In this document: positions 1-10,814 of the stretch, one piece after another
How positions within the stretch are numbered: position 1 is the first letter of the stretch
How the letters are laid out: each line of letters opens with the position of its first letter
Assembly (NCBI GenBank): GCA_963845245.1
Contig: CAWJRJ010000016.1
Span: forward strand, 1 to 64,000
DNA from: Nitrospirota bacterium
Lineage (GTDB): Bacteria; Nitrospirota; JACRHJ01
Length of the DNA stretch: 64,000 bases
Direction: 5' to 3'
Made by a program: the position numbers and the translations under genes
The notes under the pieces: generated by a model
Database searches by the model: none
The model's input: the letters and a program-made list of their open reading frames with translations, nothing else
Told to the model about the DNA's origin: nothing

Positions 1-1338
1 GGCAACGACGTCTTCGTGTTTACGAGGAAGGGCGACAGGGACGAGAAAGAGTATACTGTCACAGACGAGGTGCAGGACGGGGTAAAGATAAGAAGGGTAG
101 TAAATAATTTTACCGATGCAAACAAGTACCTGGATTTCTATCTGAATGACTATATAGAGGAGCTTTTCTCGGAATATCTAAAAGAAGTAAAACCCGATGT
201 AGTGCATTTCCAGCACATGATAGGTCTTACCTCGTCTCTGGTCTATATTGCCCGCAAGGCAGGCTGCGCCACCGTACTTACCCTCCACGATTACTGGTAT
301 ATCTGCCCGAGAATACAGCTTATAGACTCCCGTGACGAGATCTGCGAGGGGCCGCAGGAGGGCTATCGCTGCGCGAAGGTATGCTCAGGGCATTTAGTCG
401 CTCCACCGGAGGTTCTGGCCGGCACACCTTTGTGGCGCTTCCTGAAAAAGGTTACCCCGCAGCCTGTCCAGAGGTACATAAAATACAACATGCTTGGCGT
501 GAACAAAAATTCGGAGCCGGATATCCGGGACCTGCCTGAAAACGACGAGAAGACTCCGTCCAGGCCGAGGCGCATATGGAACCCCCCTGAGGACGTCCTG
601 ATCCACGTGATACTTAATTACTCTTTCAGGGTAAGATATCTGAGAAGGGTGATGGACTCTGTAGACCTGCTTGTAGCCCCTTCTGATTTTGTGCGCAAGA
701 AGTATATGGATTTTGGTATTGACGGGTCAAAGATAAAGAGGATATACCATGGGACGACGCCGGGCCGCCTTCACGGGATAAAGAAGGAGCCGTCTGGAAG
801 ACTTCGCATAGTGTACCTTGGGACTCTACTTAAGCACAAGGGGATAGATGTCCTGATAAAGGCTTTTAACAGGCTGCCCCAAGGCAGGGCGGAGTTGAAG
901 GTATATGGCTACGGCGACGAGAGTGAAAGTACTACGCTGAAACTCTTCAAGCGCATGGTAAAGATGGAAGGCGTCAGTTTTATGGGCGGGTACGCCAACG
1001 AGCAGTTGCCTGATATGCTTGCCAATGCGGATGTGGTCGTGGTGCCGTCCAAGTGGTATGAGACCTTTAACATAGTGGCGAGGGAGGCGTTGATCTCCGG
1101 CACCCCCGTTATTGCCTCGAACGTAGGGGCCCTGCCAGAGGCAATTATTGACGGGGTCAATGGGTTTTTGTTCAATTGCGGCGACCCGGTCGACCTTTCA
1201 GCAAAAATCATGCGCCTGCTTGATGATCCCGGTTTGCTCGAATCGCTTTCCAATGGGGCCTCCGCAACGGAAGTGAAGGGGATGGCCGGCCACGCTTCCG
1301 AGTTGCTGGACATCTACGGTTCTTTAATCAAGAGATGA
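1..1338 (+). CDS. Glycosyltransferase family 4 (GT-B), 5'-truncated by window
   Basis: Frame open from base 1; PDVVHFQH, TLHDYWYIC and ETFNIVAREA...PVIASNVGALPE motifs of GT4. Confidence 0.9.
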   Translation, partial: GNDVFVFTRKGDRDEKEYTVTDEVQDGVKIRRVVNNFTDANKYLDFYLNDYIEELFSEYLKEVKPDVVHFQHMIGLTSSLVYIARKAGCATVLTLHDYWYICPRIQLIDSRDEICEGPQEGYRCAKVCSGHLVAPPEVLAGTPLWRFLKKVTPQPVQRYIKYNMLGVNKNSEPDIRDLPENDEKTPSRPRRIWNPPEDVLIHVILNYSFRVRYLRRVMDSVDLLVAPSDFVRKKYMDFGIDGSKIKRIYHGTTPGRLHGIKKEPSGRLRIVYLGTLLKHKGIDVLIKAFNRLPQGRAELKVYGYGDESESTTLKLFKRMVKMEGVSFMGGYANEQLPDMLANADVVVVPSKWYETFNIVAREALISGTPVIASNVGALPEAIIDGVNGFLFNCGDPVDLSAKIMRLLDDPGLLESLSNGASATEVKGMAGHASELLDIYGSLIKR

Positions 1339-1357
1339 AGATACTTTCAGGTATGGA

Positions 1358-2659
1358 TTGGGATTATTCATGTTCATGAGGGACGTGGCGAAGCGCATTG
1401 TCAAAACGGTCTTTGGGGACAATCAGAGGGTGCGCGAAATACTCCGGAAGCTCGACGGCTGGTTTGGCTCTATGTCCCGTCCGCATGCGCCGGCCATAGC
1501 GTCCGGTCTCGACGAAACGCTGGACTTCGGCGTGAATGTCGCCGGGTTCTTTGGAGGGGACTTCGGTGTGGCGGTAGCTGCCAGGGCGGACGTTAAGGCG
1601 CTAACAGCGGCAGGCGTTCCGTTTGTAATCAACAGCATCGAATCCTCACCGGACAGGGACGGGCACTCGCCAGGCATGGGGCATAGTAAAGACAACCCAT
1701 ACAAAGTGAACCTTGTCCATGTGAACGCGGAGCAGTCGTACGAGTTCTTCCGGAAGGCGGGTCCAGGGTACTTCGCCGGAAGATACAATATAGGCTACTG
1801 GGTGTGGGAACTTCCCCGCTTCCCGGATTCTTTCGCAGGGGGGTTCGGATACTTCGACGAGATATGGACGCCAAGCACTTACAGCATGGATGCGATATCA
1901 AAGCTCTCACCGGTCCCGGTGGTGCGGATGCCGCACGCCATAGACCCAAAAGAAATGGACGTGCCACCGGACAGGGAACGCTTCGGAATTAAAAAAGGGG
2001 AATTTTGTTTCCTGTTCATGTTTGACTTCTATAGTGTTTACGAGAGAAAGAACCCGGCAGCGGTCATTGAGGCTTTTAAGCGAGCGTTCAGTGGCGATGG
2101 CAATGTTAGGCTTGTGATAAAACATTCCAATTCTGGACGGTTTGGTACGGACCTTGAAAAATTTAACCGGCATGCAGGGAGGGCCGGGGATAATGTCACA
2201 ATCATCGACGGACGACTAAGCAGGCGTGAGATATGTTCGCTTATGTCATCGTGCGACTGCTATATCTCACTTCACCGAGCAGAGGGTTTTGGGCTGACGG
2301 TTGCCGAAGCTATGGCGATGGGCAAACCAGTTATTGCGACTGCGTATTCGGGCAATACCGACTTTATGGACTTGAACAACTCTTTCCCCGTACGCTACGA
2401 TCTGACCGTGCTCGACAGGGACCTGCCCCCGTATGAGAAAGGGATGGTATGGGCGGAGCCAGACGTAGGCCACGCTGCCGATCTTATGCGGCTAGTATAC
2501 GAGGACGAAGGGGTTAGGAAACGGATCGGCGAAAAAGCAAGGGAGGACGTGTTACGCACACTGTCTCCGGAGGCGGTCGGCATGCTTTACAAGCAGAGGC
2601 TCGGACGGGTCCTAGGAGAAGGCGGGTGTTCCGAGGGGCGGGGTGCACTCCGCAGATGA
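1358..2659 (+). CDS. Glycosyltransferase family 4
   Basis: GYWVWELP, RKNP and SLHRAEGFGLTVAEAMAMGKPVIATAYSGN motifs; true start may be ATG at 1370 or 1376. Confidence 0.88.
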   Translation: MGLFMFMRDVAKRIVKTVFGDNQRVREILRKLDGWFGSMSRPHAPAIASGLDETLDFGVNVAGFFGGDFGVAVAARADVKALTAAGVPFVINSIESSPDRDGHSPGMGHSKDNPYKVNLVHVNAEQSYEFFRKAGPGYFAGRYNIGYWVWELPRFPDSFAGGFGYFDEIWTPSTYSMDAISKLSPVPVVRMPHAIDPKEMDVPPDRERFGIKKGEFCFLFMFDFYSVYERKNPAAVIEAFKRAFSGDGNVRLVIKHSNSGRFGTDLEKFNRHAGRAGDNVTIIDGRLSRREICSLMSSCDCYISLHRAEGFGLTVAEAMAMGKPVIATAYSGNTDFMDLNNSFPVRYDLTVLDRDLPPYEKGMVWAEPDVGHAADLMRLVYEDEGVRKRIGEKAREDVLRTLSPEAVGMLYKQRLGRVLGEGGCSEGRGALRR

Positions 2660-2749
2660 AGACGACGGCGATCGAACCTGTCGAGAATGTATTACTACGT
2701 CCTCGGCGTTGAGTTCATATTTTGGACATCCAAGTAGCATAAAATATAT

Positions 2750-4168
2750 GTGGAGGATTATTTGAAGGCTCTGATTATGGCAGGCGGGCAGGGGACAAGG
2801 TTCTGGCCGCTCTCACGCGAGCTTTACCCGAAGCAGCTTCTGAAGCTTGGAGACGGGCATACGCTTCTACAGGAAACGGTGCTGAGGCTTGACGGTTTCA
2901 TTAAGCCCGACGAAGTAAGCATCATCACCAACCAGAAGCTGTTTCAGGACATCAGGACGCAGCTTGCGGAGATAGGCGGTGCGGTGCCTGACAGGAATAT
3001 TCTTATGGAGCCCGAGCCAAAAAACACCGCCGCCGCTATCGGCCTGTCTGCCCTTTATCTCAAAAGGGAGGACAACGACTGCGTGATGGCCGTCCTGCCG
3101 TCCGACCACGTCATAAAGGACACTGCCGGGTTCCATGCGGCCCTCAGGAAGGCCGAGGCGCTCGCGGCCGAGGGCTACCTCGTGGTCTTCGGTGTGAGGC
3201 CTTCAAGGCCCGAGACGGGCTTTGGTTACATCAAGACTGGAAACGCCATTGCGGGTGGCACGTTCAAGGCTGAGAAGTTCGTTGAAAAGCCGGACAGGAC
3301 AACCGCCCAGGCCTACCTCGAGTCGGGTGATTATCTCTGGAACAGCGGCATGTTTGTCTGGAAGGCCGAGGCCATCCTTGACGAGATTAAACTTCTTATG
3401 CCGCCGCTCTACAAAGGTCTTAAAAAGATATGGGGCGCGATCGGCACCCCTGATGAGCCCGGTATTGTCGCGGCAGAGTTCAAGAAGATGAAGTCCGTAT
3501 CAATCGACTACGGCATCATGGAAAAATCATCCAAGGTGGCCGTAGTCCCTGTTGATTTCGGGTGGTCTGACCTCGGCAGTTGGGACGCAGTCGATGAGAT
3601 ACTGCCTCCGGACAAGGACGGGAACGTCACTTTGGGGAAGGTCGTCTCCATAGGGTGCAAGAATACGACGTTCTATGCCGAAGACCGGCTCGTTGCCGCA
3701 ATAGGGCTTGACGACCTGGTCGTCGTGGACACCCCGGACGCCACGCTTGTCTGCCGCAAGGACCGCGCGCAGGAGGTCAAGGACGTTGTCGGTCTTCTCA
3801 AGGAGAAGGGTTTCAACGAGTACCTGTCCCACAGGACGGTTCAAAGGCCCTGGGGTTCGTACACCATCCTTCAGACCGGCCCCATGTTCAAGATAAAGAG
3901 GATAGAGGTAAAGCCGGGCGCCAGCCTGAGCCGCCAGATGCACCACCACAGGAGCGAACACTGGATAGTCGTGGCCGGCACTGCATTGGTCACGAACGGT
4001 GATAAAAAATTCAACGTCCATGTCAACGAATCTACGTTCATACCGATGTCCACAGTCCACAGGCTTGAGAACCCCGGCAAGGTGCCGCTCCAGATTATCG
4101 AGGTACAGAACGGAGAATACCTTGAGGAGGACGATATCGTGCGCTTTGACGATGTATACGGGCGTTGA
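2750..4168 (+). CDS. manC: Mannose-1-phosphate guanylyltransferase / mannose-6-phosphate isomerase
   Basis: MAGGQGTRFWPLSRELYPKQ, FVEKPD, WNSGMF, GWSDLGSW; C-terminal cupin RPWG...HHHRSEHW. Confidence 0.95.
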   Translation: MEDYLKALIMAGGQGTRFWPLSRELYPKQLLKLGDGHTLLQETVLRLDGFIKPDEVSIITNQKLFQDIRTQLAEIGGAVPDRNILMEPEPKNTAAAIGLSALYLKREDNDCVMAVLPSDHVIKDTAGFHAALRKAEALAAEGYLVVFGVRPSRPETGFGYIKTGNAIAGGTFKAEKFVEKPDRTTAQAYLESGDYLWNSGMFVWKAEAILDEIKLLMPPLYKGLKKIWGAIGTPDEPGIVAAEFKKMKSVSIDYGIMEKSSKVAVVPVDFGWSDLGSWDAVDEILPPDKDGNVTLGKVVSIGCKNTTFYAEDRLVAAIGLDDLVVVDTPDATLVCRKDRAQEVKDVVGLLKEKGFNEYLSHRTVQRPWGSYTILQTGPMFKIKRIEVKPGASLSRQMHHHRSEHWIVVAGTALVTNGDKKFNVHVNESTFIPMSTVHRLENPGKVPLQIIEVQNGEYLEEDDIVRFDDVYGR

Positions 4169-5111
4169 TGAAGGTCTCGGCGGTCACCGTAACATGGAAC
4201 AGCATAGACGTCGTTGGAGGCTGTCTTGACGAGCCTTGTCAACGACGACGGTGTCGGTGAGATAATACTTGTAGACAACGCCTCGACTGACGGCACGCCG
4301 GATTTCGTCCGCAGCTCCTTCCCCTCTGTAAGGATAATAGAAAACAGCGAAAACCTGGGTTTCGCGCCAGCCGCAAATACGGGGATCAACGCCTCTTCGG
4401 GTGAATACGTTCTGCTGGTCAACCCGGATATCACTTTTAAGCCAGGTTTTGTGGCTGCTCTTGCTGCGGCCCTAGACTCAGACCCTGACGTGGGCTCTGC
4501 TGCGCCCTTGCTTCTGCGTCCGGACGGCATGACTATAGATTCGGCGGGCCTGGTCATGAAGAGGAACAGGAAGGCCTATGACAGGGGGCGCGACCTCCCG
4601 TTAAGGATGGCAGCTGGAGCCAAGGCCAGGGTTTTCGGCGCATCCGGCGCGGCGGCGCTTCTGAGGCGTTCCATGCTTGAGGACGTAAAAATACAAGGGG
4701 AATATTTCGACGAGTCCTTTCATTCCTACAAGGAAGACGTCGACCTGGCCTGGCGGGCAAACCTTTTGGGCTGGAAATCTCTCTTTGTCCCGGAGGCGAT
4801 AGCGCTCCACGAGAGGGGCTGGAAGGTGTCCGGCCGGAAGGCCATGCCGCGCGCCGTAAGGATAAACTCGCACAGGAACCGCTACCTCACGGTAATAAAA
4901 AACGACGACCCGGTTAATTTTCTGTTTCACCTGCCGTGGATACTATCTTATGAAATCGGGCCTCGTTGTATATTCCGCCATTTTTGAACCCTTCCTTTTT
5001 CTTGCGTTCCGCGATATAATAAGGCTTCTTCCGGAAATGCTCAGGAAACGAAAAGAGATAATGCGGAGGCGCAAAATAGCGCCTTCAGAGGTCAGGTGCC
5101 TCTTTGGCTGA
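4168..5111 (+). CDS. Glycosyltransferase family 2 (two apparent +1 frameshifts near 4228 and 4960)
   Basis: Rebuilt MKVSAVTVTWNS..CL(T)SLV...VDNASTDGT...NLGFA...NPD...KEDVDLAWR...EVRCLFG*; ATG overlaps the manC stop. Confidence 0.8.
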
Positions 5112-5961
5112 CGTGACCATCAGCATAGTAAACAACAACAACCGCGAACTCATACTTGGCTGCCTCGACTCCATATACAGGACGGCGGACGGGCTCGATG
5201 TCGAGGTTATTGTTATAGATAACGTAAGCTCGGACGGCAGCGTCGGGGCGATCAGGGAGCGTTTCCCGCAGGTCAGGTTCATCCTGAACGAGAAGAAGGA
5301 GGGTTTTTCCGCAAACCACAACAAGGCGTTAAGGGTTGCAAGTGCGGACTTTATTTTTGTATTGAACGACGACACCGTCCTGCACCCCGGCGCGCTTAAG
5401 ACGATGCATGACTTCCTGCGCGACAACCCTCAGGCAGGTGCCGTAGGCTGTATGCTGCTGAACCCGGACGGGACGCCCCAGCGTACCGGCATGAGGCGCC
5501 CGACCCTGCTTGCGGCGGCAATGATATCCATGGGGCTTCACCGGCTTTTTCCCGGAAACCCGGTCACGGCGGGATATTTCAATATCAAGCCCGAACACGC
5601 AGGGCCGGAAGAGGTCGAGAGCATTAATGCAGCCGCAATCATGGTGAAGAAGGAAGTGCTGGAGAAGGCGGGTTATCTGGACGAGGGGTTCTTCCTGTTC
5701 TGCGAGGACGTCGACTGGTGCATAAGGATGCGCGAGGCGGGGTTCAAGCTCTACTTCCTGCCGGATGCGAAGGTGACCCATTACAGGGGGGCAAGCACCG
5801 GCGGCAGGCGGATGGTCCTGATATACCACAAGAGCCTGCTCCGTTTTTACAGGAAACATTACGCAGGAAAGAACAACCTTCTCGTCAACGCGGCCGCATA
5901 CATTGCGATACTGCTGAGGTTCATTGTCTACTGGCTCTATGGCGGAGTGCGCAGGAAATAA
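5104..5961 (+). CDS. Glycosyltransferase family 2 (WbbL/rhamnosyltransferase-like)
   Basis: IDNVSSDGS, GFSANHN, LNDD and DEGFFLFCEDVDWC motifs. Confidence 0.88.
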   Translation: MADVTISIVNNNNRELILGCLDSIYRTADGLDVEVIVIDNVSSDGSVGAIRERFPQVRFILNEKKEGFSANHNKALRVASADFIFVLNDDTVLHPGALKTMHDFLRDNPQAGAVGCMLLNPDGTPQRTGMRRPTLLAAAMISMGLHRLFPGNPVTAGYFNIKPEHAGPEEVESINAAAIMVKKEVLEKAGYLDEGFFLFCEDVDWCIRMREAGFKLYFLPDAKVTHYRGASTGGRRMVLIYHKSLLRFYRKHYAGKNNLLVNAAAYIAILLRFIVYWLYGGVRRK

Positions 5962-6022
5962 TTGCTAATTAATTTGTTCTGTGGAATAATTATATTTGGT
6001 TATTGTAATGGCTGGGGGATGG

Positions 6023-6650
6023 ATGGAAGACCAAAGAAACATAAGATGGCATCACAGCACCGTCACCCGCGAACAGCGGGAAAGACAGAACGGCCATAAG
6101 GGCTTGACCATTTGGTTTACCGGACTTTCCGCGTCAGGGAAGTCCACCGTCGCAAACTGTCTCGAAGAAAAGCTGTTCAAGATGGGCTGCCATGCCATGG
6201 TACTGGACGGCGACAACATACGGCACGGCCTGAACAAGAACCTGGGGTTTCTCCAAGGATGACCGCGAAGAGAACATACGGAGGATCGGCGAACTCGCCA
6301 AACTCCTTACCTCGAAGGCCATAATAAACATTGCGGCGTTTATCTCCCCCTACCGCGCCGACAGAGCGACTGCAAGGGAACTTCAGGCAGACGGCGACTT
6401 CATAGAGGTGTTTATAAAATGTCCGATAGAGGTCTGCGAGAAAAGAGACCCCAAAGGCCTCTACCAGAAGGCCAGGGCTGGCATCATAAAAGATTTTACC
6501 GGTGTGAACGACCCATATGAGGAGCCTGAGGACCCTGAAGTCGTCATAGACACCTCGTTAAAGGACGCCGACCAGTGCGCTGACGAGATAATAAAATATC
6601 TAGAGAGGACACGGGTATTGATGGGGGACCCGTTCGAGGCCACGCTTTGA
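6023..6650 (+). CDS. cysC: Adenylyl-sulfate (APS) kinase, frameshift in G-run at ~6245
   Basis: [25 protein letters not shown], then [16 protein letters not shown]...RDPKGLY...[11 protein letters not shown] after removing one G. Confidence 0.92.
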
Positions 6651-7226
6651 GTGCAGGCAGGTTCGTTACCGTCGTCTCGGGCCTCCCCGGACCGGCACAT
6701 CCATGATGATGAGGATGCTTGAGGCCGGCGGCATGGAGGCAGTGTCGGACGACATACGCAAGGCCGACATAGACAACCCAAACGGGTACTATGAGTTTGA
6801 GAGGGTCAAGAAGATAAAGGAAGATTCATCCTGGCTTCCCGATACCGTCGGCAGGGTATTCAAGATGGTCTCGATGCTCCTGTTTGAGCTGCCGGCGTCC
6901 TTTCAGTACAAGGTCGTCTTTATGGAACGGGACCTGGACGAGATGATGGCCTCACAGGACAGGATGCTGGCAAGGTGGGGAAGGCATCGACGGATACGGA
7001 CCCTGGGAAGATGAAGGCCCTTTACTCCAAACACCTGTCGGATATCAAGGCGTGGCTTGGGGCCCAGCCAAATATCGACGTGATCTACGTGAAGTACAAC
7101 GATTTTATAGCCGACCCCCGCTCTATGGCATCAGCGGTGGCGGCCTTTCTTGGCGGCGGCCTCGACGAAGAGAAGATGGCCGCAGTGGTTGACAAAAACC
7201 TCTACAGGAACAGGGCGGGCATATGA
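6647..7226 (+). CDS. Sulfotransferase-family protein (frameshifts ~6688 and ~6980)
   Basis: Rebuilt VVSGLP(R)TGTSMMMRMLEAGG (PAPS 5'-PSB-like loop), DNPNGYYE, VFMERDLDE; three ORF pieces join up. Confidence 0.75.
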
Positions 7227-8554
7227 AGGTAGGGATCGTAAGCCTCGGCTGTCCAAAGAACCAGGTTGACTCGGAAGTAATGGCAGGCCTTCTAAAGAAG
7301 GCGGGCCACACCCTCACGCCTGACGAATACCAGGCGGATGCAATCGTAGTGAACACCTGCTCGTTCATAACCGAGGCCACTGAGGAGTCCATAGACACCA
7401 TCCTCGAACTGTCCGAGTTGAAGGAGACTTCACGTCTTAAATACCTGATAGTCGCGGGCTGCCTCTCGCAGCGGTACAAGTCTGGCCTTGTGAAAGAGCT
7501 GCCGGAGGTCGACGCATACATCGGCACAGGGGGCTTTGAGTCCATAGCAGAGGTGCTGAACGGCCTCACGCGTTCAAAGGCAAAGAAGGGTGAGACCGCA
7601 TTCCCGGAACCGGTCTATCTTTACAGCCACGATACGCCGCGCGTCCGGTTCACTCCCAGGCACTGGGGCTACGTCAAAATATCTGACGGCTGCAACAACA
7701 GGTGCACGTACTGCATGATTCCCTCAATCAGGGGAGACCTACGAAGCCGCACCGCCGCGTCGGTGAAGGCCGAAGCCGCGATGATGGCGGCGCAGGGTGT
7801 GAAGGAGGTCTGTCTTATCGCCCAGGACATCACCGCCTACGGGGATGACAGGAAGAAGGGCAGCGGCCTAACGGGCCTGCTTAAACAGCTTGAAGGGGTA
7901 AAGGGCATCGAGTGGATAAGGCTCTTGTACACGCATCCCGCACATTTCTCTGAAGAGCTTATCGATTTCCTTGCAGCCAGCAAGAAGGTGGTAAGGTACC
8001 TGGATATCCCAATGCAGCACATAGACGATGACATACTTAAGGCCATGGGCCGCAAGATCGACTCGGCCGGAATCCGGTCGCTTATTGGCAGTATAAGGGC
8101 GAAGATGCCGGACGTCGCCATCAGGACATCGCTTATGGTCGGGTTCCCCGGAGAGACGCGCGAGAAATTTACGAAGCTCCTGCGGTTTGTCAAGGAGATG
8201 GAGTTCGACCATGTTGGTGTGTTCGGCTACTCCGATGAGGAAGGTTCGCCGGCTTCCGCATTCGGCAAGAAGGTGAGCGAAGAGCTTATCGCCGAGCGCC
8301 GCGACCAGCTTATGAAGGCCCAGAACAAGATTACCCTCAAGAAAAACCGCGCCCGCGTAGGCAAGACCTACAGGGTGCTAGTCGACGGCCCGTCAAAGGA
8401 GAGCGAGATGCTTGTGGCGGGCAGGTCATATTTCCAGGCGCCGGACATAGATGGCGTGATCTACATCACCGAGGGCGAAGTTAAGCCGGGTGCGTTTGCC
8501 GACGTGGAGATCACGGAGGCACACCCCTACGACCTCGTCGGCCGTGCCCTCTGA
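7223..8554 (+). CDS. rimO: Ribosomal protein S12 methylthiotransferase
   Basis: SLGCPKNQVDSE, VNTCSFI, radical SAM CNNRCTYC, C-terminal TRAM with QAPDIDG. Confidence 0.95.
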   Translation: MKVGIVSLGCPKNQVDSEVMAGLLKKAGHTLTPDEYQADAIVVNTCSFITEATEESIDTILELSELKETSRLKYLIVAGCLSQRYKSGLVKELPEVDAYIGTGGFESIAEVLNGLTRSKAKKGETAFPEPVYLYSHDTPRVRFTPRHWGYVKISDGCNNRCTYCMIPSIRGDLRSRTAASVKAEAAMMAAQGVKEVCLIAQDITAYGDDRKKGSGLTGLLKQLEGVKGIEWIRLLYTHPAHFSEELIDFLAASKKVVRYLDIPMQHIDDDILKAMGRKIDSAGIRSLIGSIRAKMPDVAIRTSLMVGFPGETREKFTKLLRFVKEMEFDHVGVFGYSDEEGSPASAFGKKVSEELIAERRDQLMKAQNKITLKKNRARVGKTYRVLVDGPSKESEMLVAGRSYFQAPDIDGVIYITEGEVKPGAFADVEITEAHPYDLVGRAL

Positions 8555-8562
8555 GACGTACC

Positions 8563-9282
8563 ATGTTTTATTTCAGGATAGCGGCGTTTTTTCTTCTCAT
8601 CGTATTTGTTCCGGCCCTGCTCTTTGCTGCCGGCGATATGCAGGGCCTTGCCGGGAATAAGGCATACGCCGTGAAAGAAGTGGTAGCCAGGCCCACCATA
8701 TCCCGCGTGTCGGCGCTTCCGGGATTGCCTGTCAGTTCGCGCCAATACGAGTTCCTGCTTGACCGTCCGCGCCTGTCCATGGCCCTTGCCCACATCTGCG
8801 ACCCCTCCCTTGACCTGTACAAGATAGAGGTACGGCCCGACGGCACTTGCCACGTGGACGACCCAACAGGCCTGGCGGGCGACATGGAACTGGTCAGCTC
8901 AAGCCCCGGGAAGCGGGTATACTTTATATCCGGCCATTATGATATCCTGAAGATGAGGTTCAACGGCCGCATGGTCCTCGAAAGCGAGTATTCCGAGCAT
9001 ACCTGCCTCGAAGGGGCATTCGTGGACTCGAAGGCCGTGAGCTACGTCAAGGTGGACAGCTCCTTCGTGGGAGCCTTCGCGAAGCTGATGGCGTTTCTCT
9101 TCCCAAAGAAGGTGGACGCAAGGATAGGGCGGTTCTCAAACGCAGTGAAAGGCGTAGCCGTAGCCGTGCATAACGACCCGGTGGGGATGTACAAAAGGCT
9201 TGCCGCGACGGGAGAGTTCAGCCCGGAGGACCTCAGGGAGTATAGCCAGATGTTCCTGAAGAAGCAGGAGGCATTAAGATGA
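8563..9282 (+). CDS. Hypothetical exported protein
   Basis: 239-aa ORF with N-terminal signal-like segment, 8 nt after rimO. Confidence 0.65.
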   Translation: MFYFRIAAFFLLIVFVPALLFAAGDMQGLAGNKAYAVKEVVARPTISRVSALPGLPVSSRQYEFLLDRPRLSMALAHICDPSLDLYKIEVRPDGTCHVDDPTGLAGDMELVSSSPGKRVYFISGHYDILKMRFNGRMVLESEYSEHTCLEGAFVDSKAVSYVKVDSSFVGAFAKLMAFLFPKKVDARIGRFSNAVKGVAVAVHNDPVGMYKRLAATGEFSPEDLREYSQMFLKKQEALR

Positions 9283-9530
9283 TGGATAAAGACATGAAAT
9301 TGAGGGCTGCCGGGGTCATAACATCGCACGCCTCTTTCTTCACGGGGTTCGCGCTGTTCTACTGGTGGCTGAGTTCCCAGGGCATCCCCGAGTTTCAGCG
9401 GCTGTTCTGGGGCGCGGTGGCGTTCTTCGGCGGTTTCTGCTTCGCAGGGTTCTTCATCATGAAGCGGTTCCGGCTGGCTAAAGAGGAGTTCTCCGGCAGG
9501 ATAGAGAAGCTGGAGGGTAAAAAGGACTGA
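9279..9530 (+). CDS. Small two-TM hypothetical membrane protein
   Basis: Overlaps upstream stop (ATGA); two hydrophobic segments. Confidence 0.6.
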   Translation: MMDKDMKLRAAGVITSHASFFTGFALFYWWLSSQGIPEFQRLFWGAVAFFGGFCFAGFFIMKRFRLAKEEFSGRIEKLEGKKD

Positions 9531-9554
9531 CCCGGCTATGGCCTTTTAAATAAT

Positions 9555-9585
9555 AAAAAAAGCCCCTCGTTTCCGAGGGGCTTTT
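9555..9585. terminator. Bidirectional intrinsic terminator
   Basis: AAAAAAAGCCCCTCG-TTTC-CGAGGGGCTTTT between convergent genes. Confidence 0.85.
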
Positions 9586-9604
9586 AATTTTGTCCGTGTC
9601 GATA

Positions 9605-9970
9605 CTACTTCACGAAGATGTTGTGCGGGTTCGTGAAGAGCATGATGAGAACCACGACGAGGGCGTAGATGGCAAGGGACTCGATCATGGCAAGGCCGAT
9701 GATCATGGTTGTCATTATCTTGCCAGACGCGCCCGGGTTGCGGGAGATGCCTTCGACGGCGCCGTTGGCGGCGATACCCTGGCCGATACCGGTGCCGAGG
9801 GCGGCAAGGCCGATACCAAGGCCTGAACCAAGGGCTACCCAGCCGTAGATGCTGGAGTGGTCGGCTGCTGCTGCGCCTGCGGCTGCAGCGGCTTCCTCAG
9901 CCAAGGCGACCGGGGCGGCAAGCGCGACGGCGACGAGGCTCATGAGGACCATAAAAAGTGTCTTTTTCAT
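9605..9970 (-). CDS. atpE: ATP synthase F0 subunit c with N-terminal signal-like extension
   Basis: [19 protein letters not shown] loop, conserved Glu in [11 protein letters not shown] at 9970 with AAGGAGG RBS. Confidence 0.93.
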   Translation of the reverse strand: MKKTLFMVLMSLVAVALAAPVALAEEAAAAAGAAAADHSSIYGWVALGSGLGIGLAALGTGIGQGIAANGAVEGISRNPGASGKIMTTMIIGLAMIESLAIYALVVVLIMLFTNPHNIFVK

Positions 9971-10038
9971 TAGTGTAATTTCCTCCTTTCCCAATTGATG
10001 GATCCTGTATTATGGCGGCCTTGGCCGCCTTTAATATC

Positions 10039-10712
10039 TTAGTGTGCGTGTTCCACAGCGCCGGACAGATAAAGCATCGTCAGAAGGACGAACACGAAGG
10101 TCTGCACGAAGCTCGTGAATATCGCAAGCCCGAACATGACGGAAGGCACCAGCAGCGGGACCAGCCCGAAGAGGATGGCCACGACCAGGTCTTCACCCTT
10201 GATGTTGCCGAAGAGCCTGAGCGAGAGCGAGACAAGACGAGCTATGTGGCCGATCACCTCGATGGGGAACATGAGCCATGCCAGCCACCACACGGGCCCG
10301 ACGAAGTGTTTTATGTACTTGAAACCGTGCTTCTGGAGGCCGACTATGTGGGTTGAGACGACCACGACCACGGCGCATGCGGCGGTGGTGTTAAGGTTCG
10401 CGGTCGGCGACTCGAAACCGGGTATGACGCCTATAAGGTTCGAGAGGAGAATGAAGAAAGCGAAGCTCCCGATCATGGCGAAGTAGTCCATGCCGTGCGG
10501 CCCCATCGTGGTGATGGTGAAGTCCCTAAGCCCGCCTATGAACGCCTCGGCGAAGTTCTGCAGCCCGCCGGGGATGGGCTTGAGGCTTCGAGCGTACCGC
10601 AAGGGCCATTACCGTAAGGATGGACCATAACAAGCCATGTGTAAACTATGAAGGCCGGCACCTGCCATGAACCCAATGTCAACCCGTGAATAAAAAGTGG
10701 CGCTTCTTTCAC
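10039..10712 (-). CDS. atpB: ATP synthase F0 subunit a (apparent frameshifts ~10590-10625)
   Basis: SPTANLNTT, ARLVSLSLRLFGNI, VQTFVFVLLT; N-terminus from GTG 10712 (IVYTWLVM) lies in another frame. Confidence 0.9.
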
Positions 10713-10785
10713 CTTTCACCTCGTTTTCTTTTAAGTGCAGTTCCTATAAATATCAATTAGTTGCGTGGCTTTTTTTGCAGCTTCG

Positions 10786-10814
10786 ATGTTATATCATTAG
10801 GCATTGCCTGTCAA
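10786..10814 (-). promoter_or_regulatory. Putative sigma70 promoter for atpB-atpE
   Basis: TTGACA-N17-TAACAT on minus strand. Confidence 0.55.
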
